From: Promethearchaeia archaeon
GTDB lineage: Archaea > Asgardarchaeota > Lokiarchaeia > Sigyniarchaeales > SOKP01
DNA length: 64,000 nt
Assembly: GCA_046483985.1 (NCBI GenBank)
Contig: JAWOCD010000090.1
Span: forward strand, 58,294-122,293
Direction of reading: 5' to 3'
Below are positions 48,222-58,795 of the stretch, one piece after another. The notes under the pieces are model-generated. The model was not told the origin of the DNA. It worked only from the letters and a program-made list of their open reading frames with translations, and did not search any database. The stretch's first letter is position 1. Every line of letters begins with the position of its first letter. A program made the position numbers and the translations under genes.

Positions 48222-50252
48222 CTAAATATTTTTAATTCCTTGGAATAATTCTGTAAATTCTGACCCTTCTCGATAAAATACGGGGGGTTTTCCTATGGGC
48301 GCGTCGATGTTGTGCCATCCTTTTAAAAACTTCTTATCGCTCCAGACGTGGATCCATTCATTGCTCGGGAGATATACTTCCCACTCCTCTTTGTTCTCCT
48401 TTATGACGGGAGCCACTAAGAGATCCCTCCCAAATAGATATTGATATTTAATGGAGTGGACTACTTTATCATTTTCATAATGTAAGAATAAAGGACGCAT
48501 CGGCGAGATTCCCGTTTTTTGATACTGATCGGAAATCCTCTGCAGATAAGGAGTTAAATATACGTGTATTTGAGACATCTTGGCCAGGTGCTGCAATATC
48601 TCCTCACTCGAATCGAATTGGACATTATTTTTGGGTTGGTTTCCCTCATGCGTTCGCATTAACATGGTAAACACGCTCTGCTCCGCCCATCGCATCATAA
48701 TTTCTTCATTTCTGGTGAAAAAAGGCTTAAAAGTAGTGTAGCCGCCGATGTCCGTGTGATGGTATCCTACTCCGCAGATTCCAACAGATAGTGCCGCGGG
48801 AATAACTGATGCAAGTCCGTCGTCCATACTGAATGTGGGAAGTTGGTCACCACCCCATTCCATGGTGGTGTATCGGGAGGTGTGAGAATATCCCGACCGG
48901 GTAAAATAGACAATCTCTTCCAATTTCCCCGCCTCTTTTATTGCTTCGTAATTTGCTTTTTGCCAATCGACCGGATATTGGTTATGATATTCTTTTGGAG
49001 AAACTCCGGAATGAAGCACCGCATCCATGGGTAAATACTCTCCGTAGTCGCTCATCCAGCCGGAGAGTCCCGCCTCTTCGATCATATATTTTTTCATAAC
49101 CCTTTTTATCCATTCGTAAGCCTCTGGATTTGTTAAGTCCACAAGAGCAGCGGGAAATGTGGTCACGTAGATCATATAGTCCTCTCCTTCTTGATTCTTT
49201 ACGCAATAATCTTTTTCCTTCGCCACCTTGTAAAGATCACCTTCTGTGTGCAAGAACGAATTTATATATCCTAAATATTTAAAACCTCTATTGTTTATCT
49301 CCTTTACAAAATCGGGAAACTCCGGAAATCGGACCTCTCGTCCTCCTCCATTCCATTTCCAGTCCCAAAATAATTGAGTTCCAAATTTGGTCACATTAAT
49401 CCCTTCCCAGTCTTGACTCCAGATTGCCCCTACCTTGATTCCCGCATCCAATGCAGTCTTTAAGCGCTCGCTTACCCGTTTCTTTCCGCCTCTTCCTTGG
49501 ATTGCCAACCACATTCCATCATATACCCAATTCGGTAATTTCGGTTGGATCCCGTTTAATTTAGCTAAACCGCTTACCGTCTCACGAGCAGATTCGAATT
49601 TATTGATTATAAGTTTTTGGGGATTTCCCCAGAAATAGAGATGATGCCTGTGCTTTTTTTTGAAATTAAATTCCGCATAAACCGTGCTTTCTGCATGCAC
49701 ATAGTAATTCGCACTGGAAACAAATGATGGTTGTACGTGATACGAGGTATACCAATGACCTCCTGCTTTTGCGACCAGATTCAATAGCCATGTAATAATT
49801 TTGGGGTCTCCGCGTCCTATCCCTTGCTCACTTACCCATATTGGAACTTTCTTACCTCGTAAATTCAGTTCCGAAAACTGTTCTCCACAGCCGTAAATTG
49901 CCTCCTCAGGAGTCGCGTGAAGATTAATTCCATACCGATTGAAATCCTTTTGCGATGGATTTAAACTGATCTCCAATTTTCCTTTACTGATATTGCAGAT
50001 CATTTCAACTGTAGAATCCTCCCCATAGAACTCAATCGATATATGGTTTTCTTTTTCTTGTAGAATCTTAAATTGTGTTAACGCGTATTTTTCATCAACC
50101 TTGTCTTTAAACTTAAAATGTCCATGTTTTTCCTTGATCTTACTATGTCCCATTCCAACGGTTAGAATGGGGTGTTTTGTATCGTGTGAAAAGAGGAGAT
50201 GATCTTTAAAATATAAATTAAATTTTTGGTTATTGATTTTCTCAATTCTCAT
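48222..50252 (-). CDS. yihQ: GH31 glycosidase, sulfoquinovosidase (YihQ)-like
   Basis: YGCGEQFSELNLRG, WSQDWEG...FGTQLFWDW, GWMSDYGEYLP (nucleophile Asp), WGGDQ (acid/base), HTDIGGYTT, MRTHEGN. Confidence 0.85.
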   Translation of the reverse strand: MRIEKINNQKFNLYFKDHLLFSHDTKHPILTVGMGHSKIKEKHGHFKFKDKVDEKYALTQFKILQEKENHISIEFYGEDSTVEMICNISKGKLEISLNPSQKDFNRYGINLHATPEEAIYGCGEQFSELNLRGKKVPIWVSEQGIGRGDPKIITWLLNLVAKAGGHWYTSYHVQPSFVSSANYYVHAESTVYAEFNFKKKHRHHLYFWGNPQKLIINKFESARETVSGLAKLNGIQPKLPNWVYDGMWLAIQGRGGKKRVSERLKTALDAGIKVGAIWSQDWEGINVTKFGTQLFWDWKWNGGGREVRFPEFPDFVKEINNRGFKYLGYINSFLHTEGDLYKVAKEKDYCVKNQEGEDYMIYVTTFPAALVDLTNPEAYEWIKRVMKKYMIEEAGLSGWMSDYGEYLPMDAVLHSGVSPKEYHNQYPVDWQKANYEAIKEAGKLEEIVYFTRSGYSHTSRYTTMEWGGDQLPTFSMDDGLASVIPAALSVGICGVGYHHTDIGGYTTFKPFFTRNEEIMMRWAEQSVFTMLMRTHEGNQPKNNVQFDSSEEILQHLAKMSQIHVYLTPYLQRISDQYQKTGISPMRPLFLHYENDKVVHSIKYQYLFGRDLLVAPVIKENKEEWEVYLPSNEWIHVWSDKKFLKGWHNIDAPIGKPPVFYREGSEFTELFQGIKNI

Positions 50253-50365
50253 TATTTATTCCCATTTATACTCATTATGCGTATTATAATCTTTATGATA
50301 TTCAATTGCTAATTACATTAAAAAAGAAAATATAGCTTAAAAAATTCTATATATTGTTTTTCCGG

Positions 50366-51685
50366 CTATTTTATGACCTTCCAGCCATTGATCTTTGCAA
50401 ATATCTCGAGCGGTTTGATGAAATCTCCGTAGGCTACGGAAACATGATGTGCAATCCCGTTTTCAATGATTTTGTCTAATACCGTCCGTACTCCATCTTC
50501 AAATTTTGCTTTCAGATAGGTTCCGCTCAGTTCTTTTTCCATGGGGATTCCTTCTCCCAGTTGTAAAAAGAGGCGATATTCATTGGGAGGAGCATAGTCC
50601 ATCCGCAATAAGGAAAAATCTCCTGCTTCCATCACAAATCCCGCAGTTACTCCTTTCCCCCCCGCGAAATAGGTATCTAAGGTCCTTTTACATTTTCCAT
50701 CCCATAAATTACATGCTGCCACCCCACAATGCCATAAAAGGGCGAAATCCTCCTCAAAATTGACTTGAGAAAAATCTGCGAGAAATGGTGTTTCTGCTCC
50801 GATTGCTTGATGGGCTAACATGGAGATGCTTCCTAAAATATCCCCCTCACAGGTCAGAATCTTTCCTTCCGACTGTAATATTGACATTGCCGCACACGGA
50901 GAAATTCCAAATTCATCGGCAAATTCTGGCCAACATCTAATAGCGACTGATGTTAAATTATTCTCTTCTAAAAAGTTATCAAATTTAGCCGTTAATTCAG
51001 CAACCTTCTGGAGTTGTTGCTCATCGATTTTGGAAATATCAAAAATAGACTTTATTTGCTCCTTTCTCTCGGCGGTTGTCTCTTTTTCTACGGGGTGCTC
51101 AAATACTGAATTCAGTTCATAATGATCGATTAAAATTCCCAGCTTTCTACAGAGGTCTAATTCATCTACATCTAAATTGAAAAACCCTCGCGCTCTATAA
51201 CCAATAATCCCGATATGAGCCTCATTTAAGGCTTTAATGATCCGGATGGCATCTAACCAATCTTCATTGATTTTATCTCCAATTACGACATGGAAATTTC
51301 TGATACCCGCTTTATAGAGATTGGATGCATTTAGATTTACCCCACAAACGGAATTCAACCTGATTCGTCCTCCATCATACGGGAGTTCATCTAACCCCCA
51401 TAATAAAAGCGGCTTTTTTAGGACTTTATTTAGTTCTAGTATTAAATGTCCTAAAGCAAAGGTCCCGCTGATACAGATTAGACCATCAATTTGATCTTTA
51501 GCGAAGGAATTTGCCGCCTCTTGCGCGTCTTCAATCTCAATGACTAAATTATCCATGAAGTTCCATTCAACGGCTTCAATGTGCTTTAAATCGTCTTGAA
51601 TTCCCTCGTATAGCTCTTGCGCAGCTTCAAAATCGAAGGTTTTCCGTGCTAAACAGACTACTCCAATTTTAATTTGTTTTTTCAA
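50366..51685 (-). CDS. L-fucose/L-arabinose isomerase-family protein, probable sulfoquinovose isomerase (SqvD/SftI-like)
   Basis: LNSVCG, AIRCWPEF, TCEGD, LWHCG, AHHVSVAYGD; genomic context with GH31 and transaldolase. Confidence 0.8.
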   Translation of the reverse strand: MKKQIKIGVVCLARKTFDFEAAQELYEGIQDDLKHIEAVEWNFMDNLVIEIEDAQEAANSFAKDQIDGLICISGTFALGHLILELNKVLKKPLLLWGLDELPYDGGRIRLNSVCGVNLNASNLYKAGIRNFHVVIGDKINEDWLDAIRIIKALNEAHIGIIGYRARGFFNLDVDELDLCRKLGILIDHYELNSVFEHPVEKETTAERKEQIKSIFDISKIDEQQLQKVAELTAKFDNFLEENNLTSVAIRCWPEFADEFGISPCAAMSILQSEGKILTCEGDILGSISMLAHQAIGAETPFLADFSQVNFEEDFALLWHCGVAACNLWDGKCKRTLDTYFAGGKGVTAGFVMEAGDFSLLRMDYAPPNEYRLFLQLGEGIPMEKELSGTYLKAKFEDGVRTVLDKIIENGIAHHVSVAYGDFIKPLEIFAKINGWKVIK

Positions 51686-51743
51686 TTAATGACACCAACT
51701 ATTAAATTTTTAAATTCAACTCTACTATTAAATTCAACTTTAC

Positions 51744-51967
51744 CACTAGAATGCGAGAATGCCCCGACCTTCAGGGCGGGGATAAATCACACATACATTT
51801 GTAAACGATTAATACAATAAAAATATTGATAGATGATAACCAAGTTCCTCGTGTAACCGCAAGGACTGGGGGGTTAGCGTTTGAAGCATATCTGTAAGAC
51901 TTGTGCACTTAGACAAGCAACTGTAATGAATTATGATTCCATCGCCCTATAGGGCGTGGTAGTTCAA
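51744..51967 (+). mobile_element. Non-autonomous IS200/IS605 derivative with both ends (224 bp, PATE-like)
   Basis: Target TTAC (51740-51743); left hairpin CCCCGACCTTCAGGGCGGGG (51762-51781); right hairpin CCATCGCCCTATAGGGCGTGG (51939-51959); ends in GTAGTTCAA; no ORF. Confidence 0.85.
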
Positions 51968-52019
51968 TTCTCCATAACCGTAATTTCGGTAACTTCAGAA
52001 TTTCTTAACGTTGGAAAAT

Positions 52020-52946
52020 TCATGCAATGATTAAAGTAATCAACCACATCAACGCAAATGAGATGGTTATCGTCAAATTCACAATGATCCCCGTCAGTTT
52101 TTTTAATTTATCGCTGTATTTATATTCTACGGCAAACGGAACCGTGGCCATCCCCACCGGAAGAATTAGTCCCACCAACAAGATGGTCCGGTATAAATGG
52201 CTGTAAGGTAAGGCAAAAAATAAAATCAATCCTACTGTTAAGCCAAACCCATATCGAATTGCCAAAACCTTCATGACACTGACCCATTCAGATTTTTGGA
52301 ACTTGAAATTGAGATAAATTCCGAGCAGTAGGAGGGTTAAGGCCATATTTGCGCGGGAAAGAACACCAATTAGTTCAGATAAGAAGAGAGGGAATTCAAA
52401 CCCGAACAAGTTCAAAATTACTGCGATAATAAAGCTGACCAAGGGAGCAGAGCTCACCAGCTTTTTTAAAATATATTTGCCGTTTATTTTACCGTCTTCG
52501 CCATTTTTTGGAGAAAAGATCGCCGCGATTACATAGCACAGAATAAATACTACAAAAGCATTGCCGAAGTCAAATAATGCGATATGCTGTAAGCCCTCTA
52601 TTCCCCAGATGCCTTCTATTATTGGGTAGGCAAAAAGCCCGATGTTATACCCGATGCTGGTCATTAAAAGAATCCCCTTTACTTGCCGATCGTAGTTTTG
52701 GAATAACACAAATCCGACGGAGACCACCATGACAGAGAACCCAAGGGAGATAAAAAACAACAAAAATAATTCTGACACTAATTCTAAAGTGGTAATAACA
52801 TCAAAAATAAGGGCAGGCAAGGTCACATTGAGAATAAGTTTTGCGATACCCTCGCCTTCTTTCTCGGTAATAATGTGGGCTTTTTTGATCACATATCCGA
52901 TGAGAATTATGGTGAGGGATAAAAAGAAAACTAAATTGGGATTCAT
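52020..52946 (-). CDS. AEC (auxin efflux carrier/malate permease) family transporter
   Basis: LNVTLPALIF, YNIGLFAYPI, LLLLGIYL, LPVG; about 10 TM. Confidence 0.88.
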   Translation of the reverse strand: MNPNLVFFLSLTIILIGYVIKKAHIITEKEGEGIAKLILNVTLPALIFDVITTLELVSELFLLFFISLGFSVMVVSVGFVLFQNYDRQVKGILLMTSIGYNIGLFAYPIIEGIWGIEGLQHIALFDFGNAFVVFILCYVIAAIFSPKNGEDGKINGKYILKKLVSSAPLVSFIIAVILNLFGFEFPLFLSELIGVLSRANMALTLLLLGIYLNFKFQKSEWVSVMKVLAIRYGFGLTVGLILFFALPYSHLYRTILLVGLILPVGMATVPFAVEYKYSDKLKKLTGIIVNLTITISFALMWLITLIIA

Positions 52947-52990
52947 TGTGTTTTTCCCTTGGTAAAAGATTAAAAATAAAAAAAATTAAA

Positions 52991-53659
52991 TTATAGATCT
53001 CCTATTTCTGTGTCGTCCCATGCGTTTTGGAAGATTTTCAGCCCTTTATCGGTAAACGGATGCTCAAAACTCTCCTTATAGACATCGAAGCCAGCGGTAA
53101 CGACATCAGCGCCCATAATTGCCGCATCAACAATTTGTTTCCCGTTCCTGAGGGCCGCCACGATGACCTCAGTATCAAAGCCATAAAGATTGTAGATTCT
53201 CATAATATTGTTCACCAGTAAGGTACAGTCGACTCCGGAAGCTTCTTGCCATCCGATAAACGGAGAGCAATAGGCGGCGCCGATCCGTCCTACTTGGAGA
53301 GCTTGAGACGCCGTAAATACTAAGGTCACGTTTACGGGAATCCCGTCCTTGCTCAGTTTCTTAGTTGCAATCAACCCTTGTTCATTACACGGGATTTTAA
53401 TGGCGAAATTGTCCGAAAGGCTCGCGATCTTCTTTCCTTGTTCTATCATTTTCGCGGCTTTTTCGATATGAGGATCAATTTCCACCGAAATCGGGAAATC
53501 AATATCCTTAAATTCCTCGGCAAATTCTTTTACGACCGTAAAAAATGGTTTTCCGCATCGTTTTACATGTTTCGGATTAGACGTGACACCGTCGATACCC
53601 CAATTTTCCAGAGCATACTTAATTTCGTCTATTTTTGCACTATCTAAAAAATACTTCAT
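52991..53659 (-). CDS. Transaldolase/FSA-family enzyme, probable sulfofructose transaldolase (SqvA/SftT-like)
   Basis: FLDSA, GVTSNP, IKIP (Schiff-base Lys), NVTLVF; SPFIGW has Trp where phosphosugar transaldolases have Arg (SPFVGR); AALRNG. Confidence 0.85.
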   Translation of the reverse strand: MKYFLDSAKIDEIKYALENWGIDGVTSNPKHVKRCGKPFFTVVKEFAEEFKDIDFPISVEIDPHIEKAAKMIEQGKKIASLSDNFAIKIPCNEQGLIATKKLSKDGIPVNVTLVFTASQALQVGRIGAAYCSPFIGWQEASGVDCTLLVNNIMRIYNLYGFDTEVIVAALRNGKQIVDAAIMGADVVTAGFDVYKESFEHPFTDKGLKIFQNAWDDTEIGDL

Positions 53660-53844
53660 TTTTTTGTTTGGAGTTCTATTTTCATTTATGAAATTATACT
53701 ATTTTTTGCGGTCATTCTTTAATTGTGTAAAAGAAATTTCTCAACCCATTACTAAATATCAGATTGAGATATCAAAAAATAGTTGTACTTAAGAAAGTAG
53801 AAAGAACAATAAAAAAATTATTATTAGTTTTTATTTTGAATTTT

Positions 53845-56800
53845 TCATTCAAATTGGATGGGTTCCAAAAACCCCGTCTCTCTTAGATCGTATATATTTG
53901 CGATTATCTTTTCCTTTGGCGTCTTTTCCATCATTGACATCAAATAGTTTAATAATTTGCTGATAAAGAATGCTTCGGTATCCTCCTCTAATCTCCTTGC
54001 TACCGAAATAATTCGCTTCTGGAAATTACTCAGATCGATTGCGGGCGGGGTCTTATTAACAACGTGTGGGTTATTGAGCGTTAAATTAAATACGTCATTA
54101 ATCAATTTCTGGTAACCTTCGAATCCTGCTAAATCCCCTCTAAAATCCTTAAGAGGTTTTTCATAAGCGGTTTCAAATTTTTCTATAAATTCATCTAATT
54201 CCCCCTTTAGATTTTCAGAAGGTGCACCGCCTAAAATTAAACCGACTCTTATATATTCACCGTCTTTCAATAATATTTGATAATCTTGGTAATCTAATGT
54301 GGTAATGCTTCTCTTTCTTCGCTCGGTATCGTTTTTAATTTCGTACTTGAAGTTTGTTATGGCATGCAAAAACCCACTGATCAAATCGCCATCAAATTCT
54401 ATCTGCCCATAATTTTGCTTGATAAGAGCCACCCCCCCTTCCTTATGGATTACCAAGATATACTCCACGTTAATTGCGTCTAAGAAATACCCCGTCTTTT
54501 TTTGCCATTCTTTTTCTAGCTTTTTCTTTTTGGATCTTCGATAAAGTCCATATCCCGTCAATGCAATAACCGTACCTATTAAAAAGGGTATATACGGTGT
54601 GATTTCATTTACAAATTGTTCGCTTGGAGATCTCACTTCGATATTTTTCTTAGTCTGTTCTGCAGATCTATACTGAGCTGTGCCATTATAGATTATGCTA
54701 AAATCGAAGGATTTCACCTTTTGAATTGCATAATCCGTTTTTGCGTATCCTTCATTATCTGTGGTTGCAGATAAGGTTTCCTCCTCAATGCTTCCGTCTT
54801 CATAGATTTTTGTGATTATTATCTTTATCTCCTGGTTCTGAATCGGTTTGTCCCCCGTGGCGAGTTTAAATTCAAATGAAATAGTGTCTTCCCATACATA
54901 AGAATCTCTAATCTTCGTTAAAAGTTTTAAAGATGGTGTTTCTTTTTCCAATACGGTTATATTTACCGAATTTGTCACGGATTGATAATGCTCAGCCGTC
55001 ATATTAATATGTACTTCATATTTTCCGGGGTCTAAATCTTTGAGGTCTAATAATCCTTCATACCATCCGAAGTCTGAGGCTAATTCCGAGAAATAGTTTG
55101 AATACGGCAGACCTTCGATTTTCATCCGTACATTTGCGTTTACAATATCTTGATGTCTAAATGTATCTTTAAGGACTACCAGCATTTCTAATGTTTCTTC
55201 TTGATACAAAGATTGATTTTGGTAATCTTCGGGAATGGAAATCTCTGATGGATAAGCCCAAAAAGTAAACTCGAAATCTTCTTTTGCTTCCTTATAGCTA
55301 ATAGACCCGTCTCTTGAACGGTTTGCTACAATGCTTAAATTATAGTATCCAATATCTAAATAATTGAGGTCAAATGTTATATTGTAGTTATCCGAAGACT
55401 CTTCTATATCATAACTCTTGGTGGGAAGGGACGTAGTTTCATTATAAAGTTGAAAATTGGCGTCTGTTAAATTTTCCTCGTTTTCCGTATCATTATATCT
55501 CATTGAAATCCATGTAGGATCGCCAGCGATCACACGGGTGGATGAATTAGATAATATAGAAAGTTTTGTCGTGCGTGGTTCGCTAACTATCTTAAGGGTA
55601 TCGTTTTTGTTATTTTCAGAATAAATTCCTTCTTTCTCAGTATAGAATTCGATTGTGATATTTTTCAATTCTTTGTCCTCGTACAAGATATCCGTAAGAA
55701 TCGTCACGTTATAATTCCCTTGATTATCGTCCGATATTCGATATGCGGCAGACTCCAAAACTTTACTTTCACCGCTTAAGTTGGTTTTAAGACTAAGTTC
55801 CATTCCATCGAGCCCCTCCCCTGTGCGACTATCATTCAAATATAATGAGTATTTTGCATAGTCTCCCAATCGGTAAATTCGGTTTGGATTATCTGCTCCC
55901 TTGATCGTTAAATTGTGAGAGCGAAAATCCACCTCTAAATTGTCATAATGGTGTGTAGAGTTGTTGTAGTATTGATTTTCAATGGTAATATTCAGAGAAT
56001 AGTTGCCAGCTTTAAAATAATCATGACTGGTATCCAATGTTATGTTAAAATTTCCCGTTTTATATCTACTCACTTTATATTCCTCATATTGGTCTAAAAG
56101 ATTCCAAGCCCCCGAATTATACTGGGCGTGAATAACGATATTCTCGGGATCTATGTTTTCCCCGTTATATTCGTTTTGTAACGAGAAATTAAAATTGGCT
56201 TGCTCGTTTTTCAATACTTGAGACTGTGCGTCCAAAAGCGTCAGGTTCAGTTCTGAATTGACAACATTAAAGGAGGTACTACTAATACCGGCTATTGTTC
56301 CATTGGATGTCATTAGTTGTACGTCAATTTTGGAGTTATTTTCGGTAATGGATGTGTTTAAATCGGGTCTCCAGAGCGGAAACTCTACATAATTATCGGT
56401 AACTTCCTTTTCCTCCGAGATCTCCGAGGTGTCTGAATAGATATTCATCCAAGCACTGCCTTCGTCATTTTTTAAGGTACTTGAGATATTGATGTAATCA
56501 GTAATATTAACATTAGCAAGGGCAGATATATTATACCACTTTTCTTTCTTAGAACTCTTTTTACAATCTATGTGCTCAATAATGTTATATGTCTGGTTGA
56601 ATATTATATTCCACTTATGATTAGTCGCGTTGAGAATATCCACATAATCTGAATTTTCATCCGAATCGGTATAAAAAGAACTTTCATTGTAAGTTGAATT
56701 ATGTGCCCAGTAGTTGGGTTTAAAGAATCGTGCCTTTTTGTTATAAGCAGCATCAGGAAACTGTTGAATTGAGAGCGATGAGTTCCATAATACGTCCGTG

Positions 56801-57951
56801 TTTAGAGATGCGTTGAATGTATTTGATGAGACTGTATTGTATCGAAACTGACCTTCAAAGGTTACATCATACTCCACTGGAGAAAACCACGGAGAGTGGA
56901 TGGGAATGTCAAATGTATTACTCTCATGCGGATAAAAGGTATGATTTTGATACAACCCAGAGTTATTTACATCTGTATTAAATACCGTTAAATTTACTTG
57001 CTGGGGATCTGGCGATTTATTTAGAGGATCGAGGTTGACTTTCATCATCCCGTTCCTCCCAGTTTGTTGACTCCATACCTTCGAACCTGAATCTTTGTAA
57101 AATCTAAGATTGTATTCATCCCCACTTTGGTTATTTGCATAATAAAAATAAGCATCTTGAGCGTCTACCCCCCAACTAGGAAAATCAATGGATTCAAAAA
57201 CAGCAAAGAAGGTTCTATTGTAGGTATTTGAGATATTGAGCATTCTTTGGGAGAAATTTGCTTGATACCATCTCGCGGGTTGATCAAGATTTTTCTCGGT
57301 AAGATCAATTATTGTTTCATCTTGTGATTTGTTTATTGGACTATCAGGTTCAATTTTACTGGTATTAAGAGTCGAATTGTAAATATTTATTGAGAATTTA
57401 GAGGGCGAAGGATTACCATAACTTCCAAATGTATTATTCCCTCCCCAATATTGTAAAAAGAGGGAGATATTATTCAAATAGCAGGTATTTGGTACCGTAA
57501 ATGAGGTGGCGTAGCGAACTTCTTCCTCGCTAAACGTATCCGATCCATCGTTTCTAATTTCAAAGGGCACATATTTCCCAGTCGTATGAAGTCTTGTGAA
57601 ATTTAATTCAAAATCGGTCATGTTCCATTCCGATTGGGGATAATCTGGATTATCAATAGTTAACCCCCCGTCGGATGTGCTCTCTTCTTCATATCCTTGC
57701 TTTCTTGTATGATATAATGAAACATTTTGCGGATTTCCCGCGTTACTTAGACTTCCATTTGCAATCGTGCCCGCATTCTTTAGCGGGTCAGTATTGAAGT
57801 CTAAATCGTTTTCTGGATTTTTTTCTATTTTACCAGAATTTACCGTATTTCTAGGCAATTTTGGCATAGGCATTAGTAGAATTACCGAGAACAAGAAAAC
57901 CGTAATAATTATGATATTTCTAATTTTTTTTAAATTCTCCATAAAAATCAA
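53845..57951 (-). CDS. Large cell-surface protein: N-terminal TM/signal, ~1100-aa beta-rich extracellular region, TM helix, cytoplasmic longin-like plus winged-helix tail
   Basis: IIIITVFLFSVILLM; many NxS/T sequons and Ig-like GxYxxxI repeats; TM YIPFLIGTVIALTGYGLY-RRSKKKK; tail ILVIHKEGGVAL...DLISGFLHAITNF...FIEKFETAY. Confidence 0.85.
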   Translation of the reverse strand: MIFMENLKKIRNIIIITVFLFSVILLMPMPKLPRNTVNSGKIEKNPENDLDFNTDPLKNAGTIANGSLSNAGNPQNVSLYHTRKQGYEEESTSDGGLTIDNPDYPQSEWNMTDFELNFTRLHTTGKYVPFEIRNDGSDTFSEEEVRYATSFTVPNTCYLNNISLFLQYWGGNNTFGSYGNPSPSKFSINIYNSTLNTSKIEPDSPINKSQDETIIDLTEKNLDQPARWYQANFSQRMLNISNTYNRTFFAVFESIDFPSWGVDAQDAYFYYANNQSGDEYNLRFYKDSGSKVWSQQTGRNGMMKVNLDPLNKSPDPQQVNLTVFNTDVNNSGLYQNHTFYPHESNTFDIPIHSPWFSPVEYDVTFEGQFRYNTVSSNTFNASLNTDVLWNSSLSIQQFPDAAYNKKARFFKPNYWAHNSTYNESSFYTDSDENSDYVDILNATNHKWNIIFNQTYNIIEHIDCKKSSKKEKWYNISALANVNITDYINISSTLKNDEGSAWMNIYSDTSEISEEKEVTDNYVEFPLWRPDLNTSITENNSKIDVQLMTSNGTIAGISSTSFNVVNSELNLTLLDAQSQVLKNEQANFNFSLQNEYNGENIDPENIVIHAQYNSGAWNLLDQYEEYKVSRYKTGNFNITLDTSHDYFKAGNYSLNITIENQYYNNSTHHYDNLEVDFRSHNLTIKGADNPNRIYRLGDYAKYSLYLNDSRTGEGLDGMELSLKTNLSGESKVLESAAYRISDDNQGNYNVTILTDILYEDKELKNITIEFYTEKEGIYSENNKNDTLKIVSEPRTTKLSILSNSSTRVIAGDPTWISMRYNDTENEENLTDANFQLYNETTSLPTKSYDIEESSDNYNITFDLNYLDIGYYNLSIVANRSRDGSISYKEAKEDFEFTFWAYPSEISIPEDYQNQSLYQEETLEMLVVLKDTFRHQDIVNANVRMKIEGLPYSNYFSELASDFGWYEGLLDLKDLDPGKYEVHINMTAEHYQSVTNSVNITVLEKETPSLKLLTKIRDSYVWEDTISFEFKLATGDKPIQNQEIKIIITKIYEDGSIEEETLSATTDNEGYAKTDYAIQKVKSFDFSIIYNGTAQYRSAEQTKKNIEVRSPSEQFVNEITPYIPFLIGTVIALTGYGLYRRSKKKKLEKEWQKKTGYFLDAINVEYILVIHKEGGVALIKQNYGQIEFDGDLISGFLHAITNFKYEIKNDTERRKRSITTLDYQDYQILLKDGEYIRVGLILGGAPSENLKGELDEFIEKFETAYEKPLKDFRGDLAGFEGYQKLINDVFNLTLNNPHVVNKTPPAIDLSNFQKRIISVARRLEEDTEAFFISKLLNYLMSMMEKTPKEKIIANIYDLRETGFLEPIQFE

Positions 57952-58240
57952 TTTAAGATATTTTTATTTCCTATAAAAAGCTGATATCTATATATAAGTA
58001 ATGTCTAATTTTTGGGTTATATCATAATATCTTCAGAAATTGAACTATTTACGATATAATTAATAATTGAGACTTGAACCACTCAAGTTTTTTTGATAAA
58101 TTATCCACTTCAAAATTATTTGCGCTCGATTTGAGATGGTCTGAAAAAATTCTGGATTCCATTCTTTCTTTCCTTATAAAAAGGAATAGAGCTATAAAAA
58201 ATATATAAAATCTTTAAGTACTTAATATTACTCTTTTTTT

Positions 58241-58795
58241 ATGAGTATGACGGCGGATATTACATATAAAACAATTATTGGTGGTGAAGGAGCTGTGGGG
58301 AAAACCACGCTTCTTAAGCGATACGTAGAAGGATTATTTGTGGAAAACACCCAAATGACCATTGGTGTCCAAATCCATAAAAAAACTCTAAATATTGGAA
58401 ATAACGTCTCTTGCGATTTGCAGCTCTGGGATCTAGGTGGTCAAGACAGATTTCGCAGCTTTCTCGACAGCTTTGTCAGGGGGACGAAGGGAGCACTATT
58501 GCTTTTTGATTTGACCCGACAGAAAACACTGGAAAAAATCGACCACTGGGTCGAAATCATCCGAAAGTTTGATTCCTCCATTCCAATTCTCTTAATCGGA
58601 TCGAAATATGATCTTGTGGATATGATTAGTGTTTCAGAATCGGATATTAGAGAACTTATGGAGAAGCATAATTTTATTGGCTATCTATCTACTTCTTCCA
58701 AAACAGGGCTGAATGTGGAGCGTGCATTTGAGAGCTTAACAAATTATTTACTCAAAAAAAATAATATGCAAGAGAAATTACGGATTGAAGTCTAA
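58241..58795 (+). CDS. Rab-like small GTPase
   Basis: GEGAVGKTT, MTIGV, WDLGGQDRF, SKYD, TSSKTG. Confidence 0.95.
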   Translation: MSMTADITYKTIIGGEGAVGKTTLLKRYVEGLFVENTQMTIGVQIHKKTLNIGNNVSCDLQLWDLGGQDRFRSFLDSFVRGTKGALLLFDLTRQKTLEKIDHWVEIIRKFDSSIPILLIGSKYDLVDMISVSESDIRELMEKHNFIGYLSTSSKTGLNVERAFESLTNYLLKKNNMQEKLRIEV

